Source: Verrucomicrobiia bacterium
GTDB taxonomy: Bacteria; Verrucomicrobiota; Verrucomicrobiia; Limisphaerales; JAYPXF01
Direction of reading: 5' to 3'
DNA length: 64,000 nucleotides
Assembly: GCA_016779125.1 (NCBI GenBank)
Contig: JADHOF010000001.1
Span: forward strand, 120-64,119
Positions 28,258 through 36,625 of the stretch are shown piece after piece. The notes beneath the pieces were generated by a model. It saw only the letters and a list, made by a program, of their open reading frames with translations. It ran no database searches and was not told the origin of the DNA. The stretch's first letter is position 1, and each line of letters opens with the position of its first letter. Position numbers and translations under genes: made by a program.

Positions 28258-29755
28258 GCGCGCCCAGAACGCGACCGACCAGCCGACCGCTGGTCAATGC
28301 CCAGGCGATATGCAATCCGTGGCCCCAGAGGATTTGTCCACCAAGCCCGTTCTGACCAACAGCGTACAGGCCCGGAATTGGGACGCCGTCCCCGTCCAAC
28401 ACCCGAAGGTCCTCGTCAATCGCCGCGCCGCCTTCCGTGGTGGTGAAACAGGCCTTGGCCGGACCGAACAAGACCCATCGAGTTCCAACGAGGGCATGCT
28501 GGTCTCCCTTCCGACCATGCGGATCCGGTCGGCGTCCTTCGACGTATTCATTGAACGCGAAGATCGCACCTCCCGGGTCGCCACTCATTCCCGCAGCCTG
28601 GCAGATCTCGGCAGGCGAATCTCCGGCGAAAGCAATATCCTTCCTCAACCGCAGATAGTCCTCCACGTAGGCGTAGGCAATCTTCGGCGCGGTCGAAATG
28701 AAATGCGGCCAGCGGGAGTACCGCTCACACAAACGCTGATCCAAGAGCAGGAAGGCCTCCTTGCCCGATTGGGACGCGATCGCAATTTCCCGGTCCGGCC
28801 ACACCGTCTCGTTGCAAAAACGCTCCCCCTCGCGATTGAGGAGAATCGCCCCGTCGTCGAAAAGGGCGTTCTCGGGATGCTGCCAGGTCACCAACAGGCG
28901 TTTGACATAGGCATTCGTCACGAATTGGGGAACACAAGGCATCGCGAAGCCCAGAAGCCGGGACAGCAGCCCCGAACCCGGAAGCAGCCGACTGAAGAAA
29001 TCCCCTCTCCGAGGCGGCACGAATCTGAGTTCCGGTCCGTAGGTCACATCCATGTTGAGCATTTTCGCCCCCGCCGCCTCGGCCAATCGATGCCCTTCTC
29101 CCGTGGCGAAGGAATTGATTCCGTCAATCCGCCCGAACCGATCCCCCTTGTGCCGCGCAATCAAATCGTGCGCGTTCGCGTAATCGCCGCCCGCCAGCAC
29201 CACGCCGCGACGGGCGTGCACCGGTTCCCCCAGATCGGTCCGCAATCCGACGACCCTGCCGACATCGTCGCGGATCAGATCGTTCGCCGTCACCCCGCAT
29301 CGCAACTCACCACCAAGGCCCGCCAAGCGGGCGCTCAACGTCGCAATGTAAGCCTTCGCGTTCGGAACAACGTTGTGCATTCGCGGCACCCGGTTGGGCG
29401 GCTCGGGATTCGGTCCGTGAAACACCAGCCCCATTCCCATGAGCCAATCCAAGGTGTCCGCCGTGTGGCCGAGAAAAAACCGACGCAGAGCTGCGTTGTT
29501 TCGCGACTCGATCTCGGCCGGAGCGAAACGGCCGGCATCCTCCTCGTGATCCGTCGTCGAATCAGCAATTCCGGCCACCCGCTGCAACGCGGTGAGATTT
29601 CCGGTGAAGGATCCGACCGCGATACCGGTCGTGCCTCCCGCTTCGGGACATTTCTCAAGAACAAGCACGGAGCAGCCGAGCTCTGCGGCACTTACCGCAG
29701 CAGCCAGCCCGCTCCCACCCGCTCCCACGATCAGCACGTCATACTCGGGTTTCAT
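28205..29755 (-). CDS. FAD-dependent oxidoreductase (fumarate reductase / KstD-like flavoprotein family)
   Basis: YDVLIVGAGGSGLAAAVSAAELG dinucleotide-binding motif. The start is taken at ATG 29755 (MKPEYDV) rather than ORF-track 29950. Confidence 0.8.
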   Translation of the reverse strand: MKPEYDVLIVGAGGSGLAAAVSAAELGCSVLVLEKCPEAGGTTGIAVGSFTGNLTALQRVAGIADSTTDHEEDAGRFAPAEIESRNNAALRRFFLGHTADTLDWLMGMGLVFHGPNPEPPNRVPRMHNVVPNAKAYIATLSARLAGLGGELRCGVTANDLIRDDVGRVVGLRTDLGEPVHARRGVVLAGGDYANAHDLIARHKGDRFGRIDGINSFATGEGHRLAEAAGAKMLNMDVTYGPELRFVPPRRGDFFSRLLPGSGLLSRLLGFAMPCVPQFVTNAYVKRLLVTWQHPENALFDDGAILLNREGERFCNETVWPDREIAIASQSGKEAFLLLDQRLCERYSRWPHFISTAPKIAYAYVEDYLRLRKDIAFAGDSPAEICQAAGMSGDPGGAIFAFNEYVEGRRPDPHGRKGDQHALVGTRWVLFGPAKACFTTTEGGAAIDEDLRVLDGDGVPIPGLYAVGQNGLGGQILWGHGLHIAWALTSGRLVGRVLGALGQAGESGVSSHDERGR

Positions 29756-29843
29756 CCGCCTTCGAAGCCTGCGAGCGGCGTCCGTCGCCCGCAAGCCAAG
29801 GCTTGATTCACGACAGCAATGCGTCTGCAATCCGGGACCGCTC

Positions 29844-30668
29844 ATGAAAACCACCTCGCGCCTGTTCGCCCTCTTCTTCCTGCTCACGCTTTCCGCGACC
29901 GCCGCCGAACCCGAAAACGACCTCATGCAAAGCGCCCACCGCTTCGACACCTCGCTGACGCGCGCCGTGTCGCTTTCCTACCTGAAGTATCTGCCAAAAG
30001 GCTACGAGGCGGACACCAATCGAGAATGGCCGCTGATTCTCTTCCTCCACGGCGCGGGCGAGCGCGGAAGCGATCTGAAACAGGTCGCCGTGCACGGCCC
30101 GCCGAACCTGGTTTCAAAACATCCGAGGGAGGCAAAAAGTGAAACCGCGGCGGACCGGGAATCTCGCCTCGAGGCAATCCGCCTTCTCAAGGACAACTTC
30201 ATCGTCGTGTCCCCGCAATGCCCCGCCAACGATCTGTGGCACGCGGAAGACCTCGAGGCGCTGCTGAACGACATCGAAAAAAACCATCGCGTGGACAAAA
30301 AGCGGATTCATCTCACGGGCCTGAGCATGGGCGGATTTGGCACCTGGGATCTCGGACTGAAACTGCCCGAACGCTTCGCGACGCTGACCCCAATCTGCGG
30401 TGGGATCAATTCGATCGTCACCTTGCTCAACCGCCGTCATCCGACCCGGGGCAAGCGGCAGCAGGAACTGCCGATCTGGATCTTCCACGGACTCAAGGAT
30501 ACCACGGTGCCGCCCGCCGAATCGGAACGGGCCAAGGCCCTGCTGGAGAAACTGGGAAACAAGAAAATCAAGGCGACCTGGTATCCGGACGCCGGCCACG
30601 ATTCATGGACGGCGACCTACGCCGATCCGGAGTTATACCGGTGGTTTCTGGCCAATCCAAAACAGTAG
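29844..30668 (+). CDS. Secreted alpha/beta-hydrolase esterase (carboxylesterase / PHB-depolymerase-like)
   Basis: Signal peptide MKTTSRLFALFFLLTLSATAA, HGAGERG, and the nucleophile elbow GLSMGG. Confidence 0.75.
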   Translation: MKTTSRLFALFFLLTLSATAAEPENDLMQSAHRFDTSLTRAVSLSYLKYLPKGYEADTNREWPLILFLHGAGERGSDLKQVAVHGPPNLVSKHPREAKSETAADRESRLEAIRLLKDNFIVVSPQCPANDLWHAEDLEALLNDIEKNHRVDKKRIHLTGLSMGGFGTWDLGLKLPERFATLTPICGGINSIVTLLNRRHPTRGKRQQELPIWIFHGLKDTTVPPAESERAKALLEKLGNKKIKATWYPDAGHDSWTATYADPELYRWFLANPKQ

Positions 30669-30671
30669 CGC

Positions 30672-31652
30672 TCAATCAAGTCCGGCGGCCTTTTTGGCCC
30701 GCGCAAGGACATCGGCGGCGACTTCGCGGGCACGCTCCGCGCCCCGTTTCAGGACGCCCTCGACATAGTCGAGATTCGCGGCCAACTCCGCTCGCTTCTC
30801 GCGGGCGTCGGCGAAGTACTCCCAACAGAACCCGAACAGATCCTTCTTCAACGAGCCGTAGCCATAACCGCCCGCGCGAAGCTTTTCCTCGACCTCCCGG
30901 GCAACGTCGGCCGGGGCCACGAGTCGCACCAGCTGGATTCCGAAATTCTGGTCCGCGTCCGGCTTGGGCTCATCGACACCCCGGCTGTCCATCACCATGG
31001 ACATGATCTTCTTTTTGATCGCCTTCTCCTCGCCGAAGATCTCGATCGTGTTGCCGTAGCTCTTGCTCATCTTCTGGCCGTCGGTGCCGGGAACGACCGC
31101 GACGGATTCCTGAATGCGGGGCTCGGGCAGTACGAACGTGTCGCCGTAGGTGTTGTTGAATTTGATGGCGATGTCGCGCGTGACCTCAAGGTGCTGCTTC
31201 TGATCGCGACCGACCGGGACCACGTTGGAATCAAACAACAGTATGTCTGCAGCCATCAAAACGGGATAAGCAAACAGCCCGTGATTCACCTTCTCCTCGT
31301 CGCCATCGGCGAGCTTGTCCATCTTGTCCTTGAAACTGTGGCAGCGCCGCAGCAACCCCATCGGCGTCATCGTGCTCAGCAGCCAGGTCAACTCGGCGAC
31401 CTCGGGAACGTCGGACTGTTTCCAAAAGACGGATTTCTCGGGATCCAGACCGCAGGCCAGGAAATCAAGGGCGACATCCAGGCTGTTCCGACGCCGTTCC
31501 GCCGCGTCAAACAGGGACGTCATGGAATGATAGTTCGCGATAAAATAGAACGCCTCGCCCTGCTCCTGCAGCTCGATGGCCGGCCGCATCATCCCGAAGT
31601 AATTTCCGAGATGCAGCGCGCCCGAAGGTTGAATGCCCGACAAAATCCGCAT
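30672..31652 (-). CDS. trpS: Tryptophan--tRNA ligase
   Basis: GIQPSGALHLGNY (HIGH-type motif) and KMSKS. It is 326 aa. Confidence 0.95.
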   Translation of the reverse strand: MRILSGIQPSGALHLGNYFGMMRPAIELQEQGEAFYFIANYHSMTSLFDAAERRRNSLDVALDFLACGLDPEKSVFWKQSDVPEVAELTWLLSTMTPMGLLRRCHSFKDKMDKLADGDEEKVNHGLFAYPVLMAADILLFDSNVVPVGRDQKQHLEVTRDIAIKFNNTYGDTFVLPEPRIQESVAVVPGTDGQKMSKSYGNTIEIFGEEKAIKKKIMSMVMDSRGVDEPKPDADQNFGIQLVRLVAPADVAREVEEKLRAGGYGYGSLKKDLFGFCWEYFADAREKRAELAANLDYVEGVLKRGAERAREVAADVLARAKKAAGLD

Positions 31653-31745
31653 GGGCGCGGACGGTAGCGATGCGCCGCCGGCGAATCAATCGCGGAGCGA
31701 AAGCGGGGTTGCAAGGCGGCATCAATCCGGTAAACCCTCCGGCCC

Positions 31746-32720
31746 ATGATTGATAAATTGACGGACGAGGCGTTTGCAAACGGTCAAATCATCCGCGAAC
31801 CGGTCGGCGACGGTCAGGGCTACTGGGTCGGATGCCCCGGAGCCTTTTACGACGAGACGGATGCCGCGTGGTATCTGACCTACCGCATCCGCCGCCCTCG
31901 GGGAGTTCAACCGGAACGGGGCGGTGAAGTCCGCGTCGCAAAATCATCTGACCTACAGCACTGGGAAGACGTGTTGACGATTCACAAGGATCAATACAAC
32001 ACCGCCTCAATCGAGCGCAGCGCGGTCCGCCGTGGCCCGGACGGCCTGTGGCGCTACTTTTCCAGCTACGTCGACGCCGAGGACGGCCGCTGGTGCACCA
32101 ACATGATTTCCGCCCCGAGCGTCGCGGAACTCAATCCCGCCAACCAGAAGGTCATATTCAAGGCCGCCCCGCTGGGTTTGGAAGGCGTCAAGGATCCGTG
32201 GGTCATGGAGCGGGACGGCACCTACTACATGTTCCTCAGCATCGCCCTGCCGATCGAGGGCGCATCGGACGATGCCCACAAGACTCTGGACATCTACAAC
32301 ACCGGCCAATGCAAATCCGCAACCGGTCTGGCAAGCTCGAAGGACCTCGATAACTGGGAATATCACGGAACCGTCTTTCAGCCGGAGGGCAGCGGGTGGG
32401 ATCAGTATTGCCGCCGAATCAACTCCGTCGCTTCCGTCGGCGGCAGGCACTACGCCTTCTGGGACGGCAGCGCGAGTCACCTGGAAAACTACGAGGAAAA
32501 AACCGCCTTCGCCGTCAGCGACGATCTCCGCAATTGGAAGTCACTCAATCCGAACGGACCCGCTTTTCTGAGTCCCTTCGCGTCAAAGTCCATCCGCTAC
32601 ATCGACGCGCAAGCGCGCGACGGCAAATGGTACCTCTTCTACGAGTTCGCCCGCGAGGACGGTGCCCACAACCTCCGACTGATCATTACGGACGAAGCTG
32701 GTCTGCAACTCGACAACTGA
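31746..32720 (+). CDS. Hypothetical protein, possibly a glycoside-hydrolase-like beta-propeller
   Basis: Repeated W/Y-rich blade-like segments (DPWVMERDGTYYMF, DGKWYLFYEF). No catalytic motif is confidently recognised. Confidence 0.35.
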   Translation: MIDKLTDEAFANGQIIREPVGDGQGYWVGCPGAFYDETDAAWYLTYRIRRPRGVQPERGGEVRVAKSSDLQHWEDVLTIHKDQYNTASIERSAVRRGPDGLWRYFSSYVDAEDGRWCTNMISAPSVAELNPANQKVIFKAAPLGLEGVKDPWVMERDGTYYMFLSIALPIEGASDDAHKTLDIYNTGQCKSATGLASSKDLDNWEYHGTVFQPEGSGWDQYCRRINSVASVGGRHYAFWDGSASHLENYEEKTAFAVSDDLRNWKSLNPNGPAFLSPFASKSIRYIDAQARDGKWYLFYEFAREDGAHNLRLIITDEAGLQLDN

Positions 32721-32739
32721 ACCAAGCATTCCCGAAAAG

Positions 32740-32755
32740 TTCACCGGTTCACCGG
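32740..32755. repeat. Direct repeat TTCACCGG x2 (two ACCGGT half-palindromes) upstream of the pseudopilin gene
   Basis: Read directly. It is followed by the AT-rich stretch TTTATATTT, about 70 nt upstream of the start codon. Confidence 0.8.
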
Positions 32756-32826
32756 TCCAGTTTATATTTGGGGTTGCGATCGAACATGCCGAAAACTAGC
32801 TTCGAACCAACCACCCTCGTTCGACC

Positions 32827-33204
32827 ATGAAAACTTCCAGCACCCAACCTACACGCGCCAGCGCCGGATTCAGCCTGATCGAAATCGCCATCGTCGTCGC
32901 TGTGATCGGCGTCCTCGCGATGGTCGCCCTGCCCAACCTTTTCTCATCCCGAAAGACCGCCGAGGACAAGGTCTGCATCACAAATCTAAAGGCACTCGAA
33001 GCGGCCAAGGAATCCTGGGGCTTTGAGAAAAGCAAGGCCTTGGAGGACACTCCAACCTACGAGGACATCAAACCCTTTCTTTCAAGAAACCAGGCGGAAA
33101 GCATCTGCCCGCTCGGTGGCAAATACACCCTTGGTTCGCTGCAGGAAAACCCGACCTGCGAATACGCGAACTTGGGCCACAAGCTTCCAGACGAAGCGGA
33201 ATAA
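32827..33204 (+). CDS. Prepilin-type N-terminal cleavage/methylation domain protein (T2SS/T4P pseudopilin-like)
   Basis: GFSLIEIAIVVAVIGVLAMVALPNL is the class III signal motif. Confidence 0.75.
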   Translation: MKTSSTQPTRASAGFSLIEIAIVVAVIGVLAMVALPNLFSSRKTAEDKVCITNLKALEAAKESWGFEKSKALEDTPTYEDIKPFLSRNQAESICPLGGKYTLGSLQENPTCEYANLGHKLPDEAE

Positions 33205-33223
33205 GACCCGTCTTCACGCACAG

Positions 33224-34018
33224 TCAGTCGGCTTCACTCCCTTTCTTGATTACCGCCGCCAGCTTGCGGGCGCGGTGGATCCATTCCAGCTCCTGCCGGC
33301 GCTGAAATTCCGGCGTGAGGGCCTCCTCATTCAAAACGCCTTCAACCAGTTGCAAAGCCCGCGCCCGGCCGCCGGAAGCGCCTGACTCCGCAAGGGTCTC
33401 CGCAAGTCGCACACGCGGTTGGGCGAAGGAGTGATGCTCGATCGCGCGTTCCCAGATTCCGATCGCAGATTCCCTTTCACCCAATTGGGTCAGGCATTCC
33501 CCGAGTGCGATGAGCGTGTCCCCGTAATCATGCTTCGGATTGCCCAGGCAGACGTTCTCAAGGTAACCACGCGCCTCCGCGGGGCGCCTCAAGGCGAGCA
33601 GAGTCCGCCCCAGATGGGCTTCGGTGTCCTCGTCGTCCGGTGCGCGATCCAGCGCGGCGCGATAATTCTTTTCCGCCTCGGAGTATTTCCGCTGTTTGAA
33701 GAAAAGATCCGCCAGCTCGTGATAGTGATGGGCGTTGTCGAGGTGCAGGATCTTCTGCTCCAACTCGCGAATCCGGCGGCGATCGGCCGAACCGGGAAAA
33801 CTAAAGACCGCACCACCCCCGGACCGCAGATAAACGAGCAGAAAGTACAGAACCGTGTTCAACGGAGGGAAAAGAATCAGGAAGACGACCCACAGCCATT
33901 GCTCACGCTTGATCGCGTCGATGAGCATCCAGATAAAACCGAGAAACAGGATCAGCGTCAGTGGACTCCCCACATACCCTTGCCATCCCCACGATATGTC
34001 CGTCTCCGTTTCCGTCAT
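33224..34018 (-). CDS. Membrane protein with PLDc_N-like N-terminal TM domain and TPR repeats
   Basis: WMLIDAIKRE..W.VVFLILFPPLNTVLYFLL followed by TPR-like helices. The start is taken at MTETETD (34018) to avoid running into ilvE. Confidence 0.55.
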   Translation of the reverse strand: MTETETDISWGWQGYVGSPLTLILFLGFIWMLIDAIKREQWLWVVFLILFPPLNTVLYFLLVYLRSGGGAVFSFPGSADRRRIRELEQKILHLDNAHHYHELADLFFKQRKYSEAEKNYRAALDRAPDDEDTEAHLGRTLLALRRPAEARGYLENVCLGNPKHDYGDTLIALGECLTQLGERESAIGIWERAIEHHSFAQPRVRLAETLAESGASGGRARALQLVEGVLNEEALTPEFQRRQELEWIHRARKLAAVIKKGSEAD

Positions 34019-34109
34019 GCGTGCCCCATTCAATTCCGCGGCGGCTCCAACGTCAATTCCCGCATTGCGGCCCGGAATGCGTTTCCCTACTGTGCGCGCG
34101 TTTCGGCAA

Positions 34110-34976
34110 ATGAAAGTTTTTATAGACGGCAAATTCTACGACGAAGCGAAGGCGAAAATCTCGGTTTTCGACCATGGACTTCTTTACGGCGACGGGGTTT
34201 TTGAGGGCATTCGCGCCTACAACGGACGCGTCTTTCGCCTCAAGGAACACATCGACCGCCTCTTCTGCTCGGCGAAGGCCCTGCTCCTCGACATCCCGAT
34301 GTCGCACGAGGCGCTGATGAAGGCGACGGTTGAAACCTGCCGCCGCAACAAGGTCACGGAGGGCTATATCCGGCTCGTGGTCACCCGAGGCGTCGGCACG
34401 CTCGGACTCAACCCCTTCCGCTGCCCCAAAGGTTCCGTGATCATCATCGCAGGCAAAATTCAGCTCTATCCCCCCGCCCTCTACAAGAAGGGCATGGAGA
34501 TCGTCACGGTCGCGACCACCCGCAACCTGCACAATGCGCTCAACCCGGCAATCAAGTCGCTGAACTACCTCAACAACATTCTCGCCAAAATCGAAGCCCT
34601 CAACGCGGGCATGGAGGAGGCGATCATGCTCAACGCGGATGGCTACGTCGCCGAATGCACGGGCGACAATATCTTTATCATCAAGGGCGACCGCCTCTTC
34701 ACCCCACCTCTCTATGCCGGCGCGCTCTACGGCATCACACGCGGCGTCGCCATCGACCTGGCCCGAGAAAAAGGGTTCACCGTCGAGGAGACAAACCTCA
34801 CCCGCTACGATCTCTACAACGCCGACGAATGCTTCCTCACCGGCACTGGCGCTGAAGTCATTCCGGTCGTGAAAATTGACGGGCGCACCATCGGCAGCGG
34901 CAAGCCGGGTGCCAGCACCAAGGACCTGATCAAACGCTACCACGCCTTGACGAATTCCACCGGCGAGCCAATCTGA
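34110..34976 (+). CDS. ilvE: Branched-chain-amino-acid aminotransferase (class IV)
   Basis: ISVFDHGLLYGDGVFEGIRAY, KSLNYLNN and ECTGDNIF. The start is at MKVFIDGKF. Confidence 0.9.
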   Translation: MKVFIDGKFYDEAKAKISVFDHGLLYGDGVFEGIRAYNGRVFRLKEHIDRLFCSAKALLLDIPMSHEALMKATVETCRRNKVTEGYIRLVVTRGVGTLGLNPFRCPKGSVIIIAGKIQLYPPALYKKGMEIVTVATTRNLHNALNPAIKSLNYLNNILAKIEALNAGMEEAIMLNADGYVAECTGDNIFIIKGDRLFTPPLYAGALYGITRGVAIDLAREKGFTVEETNLTRYDLYNADECFLTGTGAEVIPVVKIDGRTIGSGKPGASTKDLIKRYHALTNSTGEPI

Positions 34977-34982
34977 CCTTGG

Positions 34983-35492
34983 ATGAAGTGCAACGTCTGC
35001 AACGAAAACGAGGCCACCGTGCATCTGACCCAGATCGTCGGGGAGAAGATGCAAAAGGTGGACCTCTGCGAGAGCTGCTCCAAGGAGAAAGGCGTCGGCG
35101 ACCCGACGGGATTCTCTCTGGCGGACATGCTCCTCGGTCTGGGTGCCTCAAGTGAACTGGAGGAAGCCGGCGACGGCGATGCCAAGTGCTCCGCATGCGG
35201 CTACACTCACGCAGATTTCAAAAAAGCCGGCCGTTTCGGCTGCCCCGAGTGTTACCAGACCTTTTCAGACGGGCTTGAGCAACTCCTCAAACCGATGCAC
35301 AAGGGCTTGCGTCACGTCGGCAAGGCACCGCGCGGGCGAAAAAAATTCCGGGGTATCGAGCAGAAGATCAAGACCTTGGAGAAGAAGCTCGCAAAAGCGG
35401 TGTCCAACGAGAACTACGAACAGGCGGCGGAGTTTCGCGACGAGATCAAAGGCCTCCGCGAACAGCTCGAATCGACATCGCGGGAAACATGA
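34983..35492 (+). CDS. mcsA: McsA-like protein-arginine kinase activator (zinc fingers + UVR motif)
   Basis: CNVC...CESC and CSACG...CPECY zinc fingers. The C-terminal UVR helix is NENYEQAAEFRDEIKGLREQL. Confidence 0.75.
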   Translation: MKCNVCNENEATVHLTQIVGEKMQKVDLCESCSKEKGVGDPTGFSLADMLLGLGASSELEEAGDGDAKCSACGYTHADFKKAGRFGCPECYQTFSDGLEQLLKPMHKGLRHVGKAPRGRKKFRGIEQKIKTLEKKLAKAVSNENYEQAAEFRDEIKGLREQLESTSRET

Positions 35493-36568
35493 AACTCACC
35501 GAGTTTATCGCCGCATCGCCGGAAGCCTGCCATCGCCCCGGCCCGGGAGACCGCATCGTCATGTCCAGTCGCGTGCGGCTGGCGCGCAATCTGACAGGGT
35601 CCCCTTTTCCAACCTGGGCGAAGAAAAAGGAACGCGTCAAAGCCCTTGAGACCATCCGGCCGGCGGTCGAGTCGCTCGACGCGCTGAAAGACTCCTTCTC
35701 CGCGAATCTCGACGACCTTTCCTCCCTGGACAAACAGCTCTTGGTGGAGCGTCACCTGATCAGCCGCGAACACGCCGCCAAGAGCGCCGGCAGCGGCGTG
35801 GTCTTCAATCGCGAGGAATCGGTCTGCTTCATGATCAACGAGGAGGATCACCTCCGAATGCAGGTGCTGCTCCCCGGCCTCCAGGTCGAGGAAGCTTGGA
35901 AACAGGTCGACAAACTCGACACCGCGCTTGAGAAGAAGCTCGACTATGCCTTTTCCGACGAATTCGGCTATCTGACAGCCTGTCCGACCAATCTGGGCAC
36001 CGCCATCCGCGTGAGCGCCATGCTTCACCTTCCCGGGCTGGTCCTTTCAGAGCAGATCAACAAAATCGTCAATTCGGTCAACAAGCTCGGCTTGGCCGTC
36101 CGAGGACTTTACGGGGAGGGAACCGAAGCGCTCGGAAATGTGTTCCAGGTTTCGAACCAGATGACCCTCGGCGAGTCCGAAACGGACATTGTCGCCCGGC
36201 TTGGCAAAGTGCTCGGGCAGATCATCGAGCACGAGGAAAACGCCCGACTGACCCTGCTGGAAGGCAAGGCAAACACCGTCTACAACCACATCGGCCGCGC
36301 CTACGGCATCCTCACGAACGCCCATATCATCGCCTCCAAAGAAGCCATGAACCTGCTGTCATTGCTGCGTTTGGGCGTCGATTTCCAGATGTTCAGCAGT
36401 CTGGATCGCGCGGTGATCGACGAATTGTTCCTTTTCACGCAACCAGCCCACCTCCAAACCCAGCATGAGGGCAAACTCGGTGCCGAAGAGCGCGACGTTC
36501 TTCGAGCCACCATGCTCCGGGATCGGCTTAAAAGCGTGAAAAGACCCCATTTGCCGAAGCTCGGATGA
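35489..36568 (+). CDS. mcsB: Protein arginine kinase (ATP:guanido phosphotransferase)
   Basis: VRLARNL, NEEDHLRMQ and CPTNLGTAIRVS motifs. 4-nt overlap with mcsA. Confidence 0.9.
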   Translation: MKLTEFIAASPEACHRPGPGDRIVMSSRVRLARNLTGSPFPTWAKKKERVKALETIRPAVESLDALKDSFSANLDDLSSLDKQLLVERHLISREHAAKSAGSGVVFNREESVCFMINEEDHLRMQVLLPGLQVEEAWKQVDKLDTALEKKLDYAFSDEFGYLTACPTNLGTAIRVSAMLHLPGLVLSEQINKIVNSVNKLGLAVRGLYGEGTEALGNVFQVSNQMTLGESETDIVARLGKVLGQIIEHEENARLTLLEGKANTVYNHIGRAYGILTNAHIIASKEAMNLLSLLRLGVDFQMFSSLDRAVIDELFLFTQPAHLQTQHEGKLGAEERDVLRATMLRDRLKSVKRPHLPKLG

Positions 36569-36625
36569 GTTTGGCAAAGGCGTGGCTGGACAAACGCTTT
36601 CGATAGCGACACTTTCAACTGCTTT

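Noticed and set aside
26848-29806. ORFs of 532 aa and 518 aa on the + strand
   Set aside because: They are antisense to the lipoprotein, Xer recombinase and FAD-oxidoreductase genes, and they have no motifs.
31653-31745. A possible T-box or leader upstream of trpS
   Set aside because: The spacer is only 93 nt and is shared with a divergent gene. No specifier or T-box-like conserved sequence is recognisable.
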